DNA of 64,000 bases from an uncultured Planctomycetota bacterium. Lineage in GTDB: Bacteria; Planctomycetota; Planctomycetia; Isosphaerales; Isosphaeraceae. Every line of letters begins with the position of its first letter. Position 1 is the first letter of the stretch. The translations under genes and the position numbers were made by a program. The stretch covers positions 640,001 through 704,000 of the forward strand of contig CAWJTV010000011.1 in the NCBI GenBank assembly GCA_963845755.1, in the 5' to 3' direction. The notes under the pieces were generated by a model, which was not told the origin of the DNA, did not search any database, and was given only the letters and a program-made list of their open reading frames with translations. Of the stretch, positions 63,542-64,000 are shown one piece after another.

Positions 63542-64000
63542 CGCCAGACCCCGCGGCCCAGACACCCCAATCGGCAGCCCCAACTTAGTCTATCGGCCGC
63601 ACGTCCAGGTCGCATGGGGAGTTCGGTTAATTCTTCTTAACAATGGGATCCCGCGGTTTTTGACGCCGATAATCAATGCGCGGATTGGAGCCGCTCCGTG
63701 CCTTGGCCGAACTGGTCCGCGGAAGCGGGACAGCGGTCGGCTGACACCATCTAAAGGGAACCTCGGGCAGGAAGCTATTTCCCATGCGCCGATTCACTCG
63801 ATACGTTACGCTCGCGCTGCTCGGCAGCCTGGCGGTTGGGTCGGTCCGGACAGTTGCCCAGGACGCCTCGCCGGACAATTCGTCCCGGCCCGCAACGCCA
63901 GCCCAATCCACCACTCCGCGCCAGCCGTCAACCTTCGGCGGGTCTCGCAGCCCTATGAGTCTGAGCGTCCAACAAGCCACGCCCGGCTCCGGTTCGTCCC

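Noticed and set aside
1..64000. DGR reverse transcriptase, template repeat or Avd gene in the window
   Set aside because: I saw no RT motif (YxDD in RT context) and no AAC-rich third copy of the variable region, so any DGR core must lie elsewhere.
1..64000. tRNA or rRNA genes, or an integrase marking a classical genomic island
   Set aside because: None recognised in the window.

Overview
GC-rich bacterial window, most likely a planctomycete (Isosphaeraceae-like). This is inferred from a LEPLESRxxLS secreted-protein motif, kinase/FGE-sulfatase fusions, csrA and the repeat families. Single-base indels break many otherwise intact genes and look like long-read errors. Contents in order: the start of a chemotaxis operon (cheW, a cytoplasmic GAF-PAS-GAF MCP with an Aer2-like heme PAS, cheR); a ~5 kb tandem duplication of a Ser/Thr kinase-STAND NTPase-FGE/C-type-lectin gene; an FHA-GAF-PP2C phosphatase; hypothetical membrane and secreted proteins; SMI1/KNR4, csrA, an HhH-GPD glycosylase, an AlbA_2 ATP-binding protein, an oxidoreductase, a HEAT protein, GH5 and PhyH; a putative defence cluster; sodC, an Ig-like adhesin, a beta-helix protein, uxuA and VOC; an islet between two copies of a cusA/czcA 3' end (DUF4365 pair, VapBC, IS4); and a heavy-metal RND plus two-component cluster. 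Three signals stand out. (1) The last ~40 codons of the two kinase copies differ in the codon pattern expected of diversity-generating retroelement (DGR) variable regions, although no RT or template repeat is visible in the window. (2) The defence cluster holds MazEF, a nucleotidyltransferase-like pair and an unassigned operon: DUF559 nuclease, wHTH-like protein and AAA-HerA double ATPase. (3) A 230 bp IS4-type MITE with an exact 11 bp target duplication sits inside a palindromic repeat. Heptamer-repeat hairpins also occur in frame inside genes.
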